DNA of 64,000 nucleotides. It comes from Tubulanus polymorphus. Lineage: Eukaryota > Animalia > Nemertea. This document shows, piece after piece, positions 59,348-64,000 of this stretch (position 1 is the first letter of the stretch; each line of letters opens with the position of its first letter). Both the position numbers and the translations under genes were made by a program. Under the pieces are notes generated by a model. The model ran no database searches. It saw only the letters and a list, made by a program, of their open reading frames with translations, and was not told where the DNA came from. The stretch lies in assembly GCF_964204645.1 (NCBI RefSeq), contig NC_134034.1, positions 1,116,001 through 1,180,000 on the forward strand. The letters are read 5' to 3'.

Positions 59348-62300
59348 CCCGGTCTCGAGTTTCGACGATGGAACTGGACCAATATCAGCTTAACCCGGTC
59401 TTATCATAAGTCTCTACTATGGAACTGGACTAAAATCAGCTTAACCCGGTATTATGTTAAGTCTCAACGGTGGAACTGGATTAAAATGAGTTCAGCCCGA
59501 TCTTATCTTCTTAAGTCCCAAACGTAGAACTTGACCAAAATGAGTTTAGCCCGGTCTAATCTGAAGTCTCAACTATGGAACTAAACCCATAATATAGCTA
59601 ATAAAATCTACGTATTTGCATTTGAATTTATTCACGTGAAACCAGAAGGAATATTATGTATTCCAACTGTAAATCCTGCTGGGAATAATATATGAATCCG
59701 AAATCATTGCCAACAATAGCCGTCTAAATACCACCCCACCCCACCGGACCCGGACCGGACTATAGTGCTCGGTTATATAACTCTCAACCAATATCGATAA
59801 TGGCTCTTAAGAGAGTAAGTGACCAACGGTCAGTTTCCATTTATGAAATGACCGGCGGTCAGTAAGGCTATTGTTGTAATGTGTGCGCTTTATTAAACGG
59901 CTGATGGTCAGTTCAGTTATGGTTGTATTGACCACCGGTCAGCGAGAGCCTATTGTCGTAATGTTTATGTTATGCTAATATCGAGACCCGAGACGCGAGA
60001 TCTGACGGCGTATAACTAATGAATCACTGAATCTCCCGGGGATCTCCAGGTGAATCTATGAAAGAATCTCTAAATGAATCGCCGGGGAATCTCTGATGAA
60101 TCGTCAGGGTTATCTATCATCGGAAATATTCAACGCGTATCGGCGATGAATCGGAAGCAAACTCCGGGCGAATCTCAGACGGAACGAATCTTAACGCGGA
60201 ACTAAAGAATCGGGGATCTTTGCGTCAGTACGAAACGAAAGATTTGTAAAGTGAAAAAATTCTCTAATTAAATTAAATTAAATTACGAATTAAAATTGAA
60301 ATTCAATTTTCCAAAACAAAATATCGAAGAAAACAAGCTCTGGCAAGTGGATGAGTGTAGATGAATTTTCTGACACGAACTGACAATTTGACCTGACGAC
60401 CGAGACCTGCCTTAATGTCGAATACCAGTGATCTCCAGAGAATCGACGAGGGAATCTCCGAGGGAATCTCCAGATAAATATCCAGGAAACCACCGACGAA
60501 GCTGAGGAAAACTCCCGGGGAATCTGAACGAATCAGTAGGGAATCACCAAAGAATCTGTGAAGAATCGGGGACTTCTGTGTTTAATAGGAAACTCTGTCG
60601 AAAATTAAAACGAAATACAATTTTCGAAAGCGAACAAAAATTTGTATTGAAGAAAACAAGCTCTGGCAAGTGGATGTAAGTCGGCCATTTTTTTTTAACC
60701 GATAATTTACCGATAATTTCAAACGGCGTTGAAATGATCGAACACGACTCGCAGGGCGTGGTTACCACGGCTGCAGCGCGCGCGCGACCACGACGACGAT
60801 GACTCACGATTCGCGTCGCGCGGAACAGATTATAACAATGTTTATACGACCTGTTTACGCTATCGTCATGGAGACGAGCGGCGACCGGCAGACATAAAGT
60901 CGATGCGACGTTAATTAATGCCCGATCGACGTTTTTATTTCATCTCGCGACCGACCGAACGAACGATCTAAAATTTAAATATCGCCGATTAACCCTTTAA
61001 CTAGTCAATTACCCTCGTCAAAATGGCTCCCCCTAGTGTTCAGTTAATCTAATGAACTTACTTTGAAATCTTCGAAAACAAGGATTTTTATCCTTAGAAT
61101 TATTTATCATGATGTTTAATGATCAGAAAATTGTTGATATTTTAGATCATTTTTTGGGCCAGTAGCGAATTGGGGAGTGAATTAGGAATCTTGCTGCACA
61201 TATAGGGAATCAAACTGCTAGTATTGCCACCTATAAGTGTCTACGTGAACTAGTAGTGAAAACACAGGGGGGGAACCCGGTCTAGGCGTGTAATCCTTGT
61301 CCTCGTAAACGGAGAGGTAAAAGTGAGGTTAGTTTGAAGCTGTTTAAGGGTTAACGGCTGGTATTGTAAACGTTGAATTGAAGTTCAGTGTTATGAGTTA
61401 TTGATCCGCCGAGCGTTCAGCAGACGGATATCGCTAACGATAAATAAACCTCACATTTCACTCCAATAGTTAATTAACATTAGTCATATTATTATAATTG
61501 TATTGAATGCAGCTCGGCGTTCACTGCACGCTCCATCGTAAGACTCGGTCGTACAGCTCGGTCGTACAGCTCGGTCGTACGGCCGGTTGTATAAGCTGAT
61601 TAATGCGTTTATTAGCCTTGAAGTGGATGAACGTTTTTAACCCCTCACAGGACAACAACCAGTAAAGAGAATACGAAATCAATTGCTCCACAGAATTCGA
61701 CTCAAATAGCTCAAACGAGGGGACTGCGGCGAGGGAGGACTCACCAGGTGTCGCCGGTGGTATCCAAAATGTCTGAGGCAGATTCATCCTATGGCAAGAG
61801 AGGATCTACCAGGTGTGGCTAGTGTACAGTGGGACATCAACTACTGCGGCAATAAAGGATTCCACCATTGGCAAGCGATGATCCACCAGGTGTCGTTAGT
61901 GTGCAGTAGGACATAGATGCCAAATTTCTTCAAAGATCAAATTAAAAGCTATTCATAATTTTCGATGACAAATAAATATTGCATCTTTCATGATTTTTAT
62001 CTGAACGAAATGATGCGGTACAAAATTGTGCCAGAACACCTCCCCCCACACTCCCCTTCCTCCCCACACACTCCCCCCTCCCCCTCCGAGTTCCGATTCA
62101 GATGACTCTCATAACGTGACGTGTTTCGAAAACTCAAAATTTTCAACGACCGTTTGAGTAGGTCGGGGGGAGGGGAGTCTAGTGACGTGAAGAGCCCATC
62201 CCCGGCGATATCGTCACTACCCGATATCACTACGCTTAAAAAAAAACAACCTCACCGAATAAAACTATGTTAACAGCACTTCTAGTCTTTCTCACATCTC

Positions 62301-62364
62301 ATATAAGTTGACAGAAATCAATATCTAGAGATTTATTTCAATATTTCATGATTACATCGTCGCG

Positions 62365-62572
62365 TTTAACCCTCTCCTCGCTGTACGTTTAACCCTCACC
62401 TCGCGGTACGTTTAACCCTCTCCTCGCGGTACGTTTAACCCTCTCCTCGCTGTACGTTTAACCCTCTCCTCGCTGTACGTTTAACCCTCTCCTCGCTGTA
62501 CGTTTAACCCTCCTCGCTGTACGTTTAACCCTCTCCTCGCTGTACGTTTAACCCTCTCCTCGCTGTACGTTC
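62365..62572 (+). repeat. 23-bp tandem repeat (TTTAACCCTCTCCTCGCTGTACG)
   Basis: About 9 units. Confidence 0.9.
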
Positions 62573-62755
62573 ATCTGATCTCATGACGACCGGACCACGG
62601 CCTACGAGGGACTTTACTCTATTGAGTTGATCTTTTAACCGTAGGACTCGACGACAGCCTTAGAGGGAAAGGAACCACCAAGAAAACTGAGTTTCAAACC
62701 TAATAGCTTTTTTCAAATTTTCAGATATTTGAAAAGAAAGACCCGTGGAGAAAAT

Positions 62756-62952
62756 ATTGATACCTTGTTTCTCATTTCTGCTGAGCCTAAAAATTTTACC
62801 CGGCCGGCCGTCTAGCTACCCTGTACATGATCAAACTCACAATAACGGAGACCTGACAGTTATAGAAATGAACTGATTACAAATTTCATTGCAGTTTACA
62901 AAAGTGACCCGGCCGTTTAGGAGAAACAAAGTATCCTTTTACTTCTAGCCTG
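62756..62952 (-). mobile_element. ~200-bp MITE-like repeat, inverted copy of 58631-58833
   Basis: AAAAGTGACCCGGCCGTTTAGGAG is the reverse complement of the sequence at ~58659-58682. Confidence 0.6.
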
Positions 62953-63359
62953 AATTTTCTAAGAAGCAAATTAAGATTTGAAGCCTAATTACATTTTGAT
63001 CTGAGAAAGCTGAAGTAGTCACTGTTGTGATTATTACAGTGTGACTCGCGGTGGAGTGTTGAGAGCTCAACAAACAATAGAATTTAATCAATTCTATTGT
63101 CACACAGTCAATATTATAATATCATATGATTAATGAGTAGAACAATAACCCCTTCTCCCTCCCCTCCACCTCCCCTCCCCTCCCCTTCCCCCACCGGCGG
63201 TGGCTTACTCAACAGATGTAAAGAGAACAGATGTTTAAAGTAAATGATGTGAAAAATTATTCTTTTCAAATCTTACAACAGATTTTTCATCCAATTCATC
63301 GACAAAGCAAAGAATTCTTTTAACACAAATTGGATAAATAAATAATATATTAATAATGG

Positions 63360-63740
63360 GTTTGACTATGAATCCAGTTCCACAGTTGTGTGGGTTTAAT
63401 TTGACTCTGGATCCAGTTCCACAGTTGTGTGGGTTTGATTTGACTCTGGATCCAGTTCCACAGTTGTGTGGGTTTAATTTGACTCTGAATCCAGTTCCAC
63501 AGTTGTATAGGTTTAATTTGACTCTGAACCCAGCTCCACAGTTGAGTGGGTTTAATTTGACTCTGAACCCAGTTCCACATTTGTGTGGATTTAATTTGAC
63601 TCTGGATCCAGTTCCACAGTTGTGTGGGTTTAATTTGACTCTGGATCCGGTTCCACAGTTGTGTGGGCTTAATTTGACTCTAAATCCCACAGTTGTGTGT
63701 GAGTTTAATTCGACTCTGGATCCAGTTCCACAGTTGTGCG
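63360..63740 (-). repeat. 39-bp minisatellite
   Basis: About 9-10 units. Confidence 0.9.
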
Positions 63741-64000
63741 AGTTGGATTCGACTTTCAGATTTAAAACCTCTAAATCCCGTAATATATATATTGAGATAT
63801 AATAATCAGACACAGCAGCGTGGTGCGTGGTGTGTGGTATATAATGTGACGCTACTGCAATCAGTGTATGATACATCATATAATAAGCCTCTCTACTCTG
63901 AATGATCGCTCGTGAAAAAGACACCAAAGATAAAAGGCTAACAAACTAATCAATCAAATGAACATTTAATGTATTTCATCAGTCGCGACTCTAAGCCTTT

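Overview
Repeat-rich eukaryotic (metazoan, apparently invertebrate) genomic DNA, not prokaryotic. The left third holds the last 21 coding exons of a minus-strand polycystin-1-family gene most resembling PKD1L1 (REJ end, GAIN/GPS with intact HL|T, PLAT, transmembrane and polycystin channel regions, long acidic tail). I spliced these by hand into one open frame of about 2,129 aa, with all GT-AG sites and phases consistent. No further coding exon was found between 20699 and 64000, so this stretch is a >43 kb intron or upstream region. It contains a structurally intact variant U1 snRNA gene, a tandem minimal hammerhead-ribozyme array beside it, a candidate promoter with non-coding first exon, and many RFX X-box-like and CTCF-like motifs. 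A second hammerhead pair lies in a long inverted repeat within a PKD1L1 intron. The rest is MITEs, SINE fragments and satellites, several apparently derived from MITE termini. Most short ORFs in the track are repeat artefacts.
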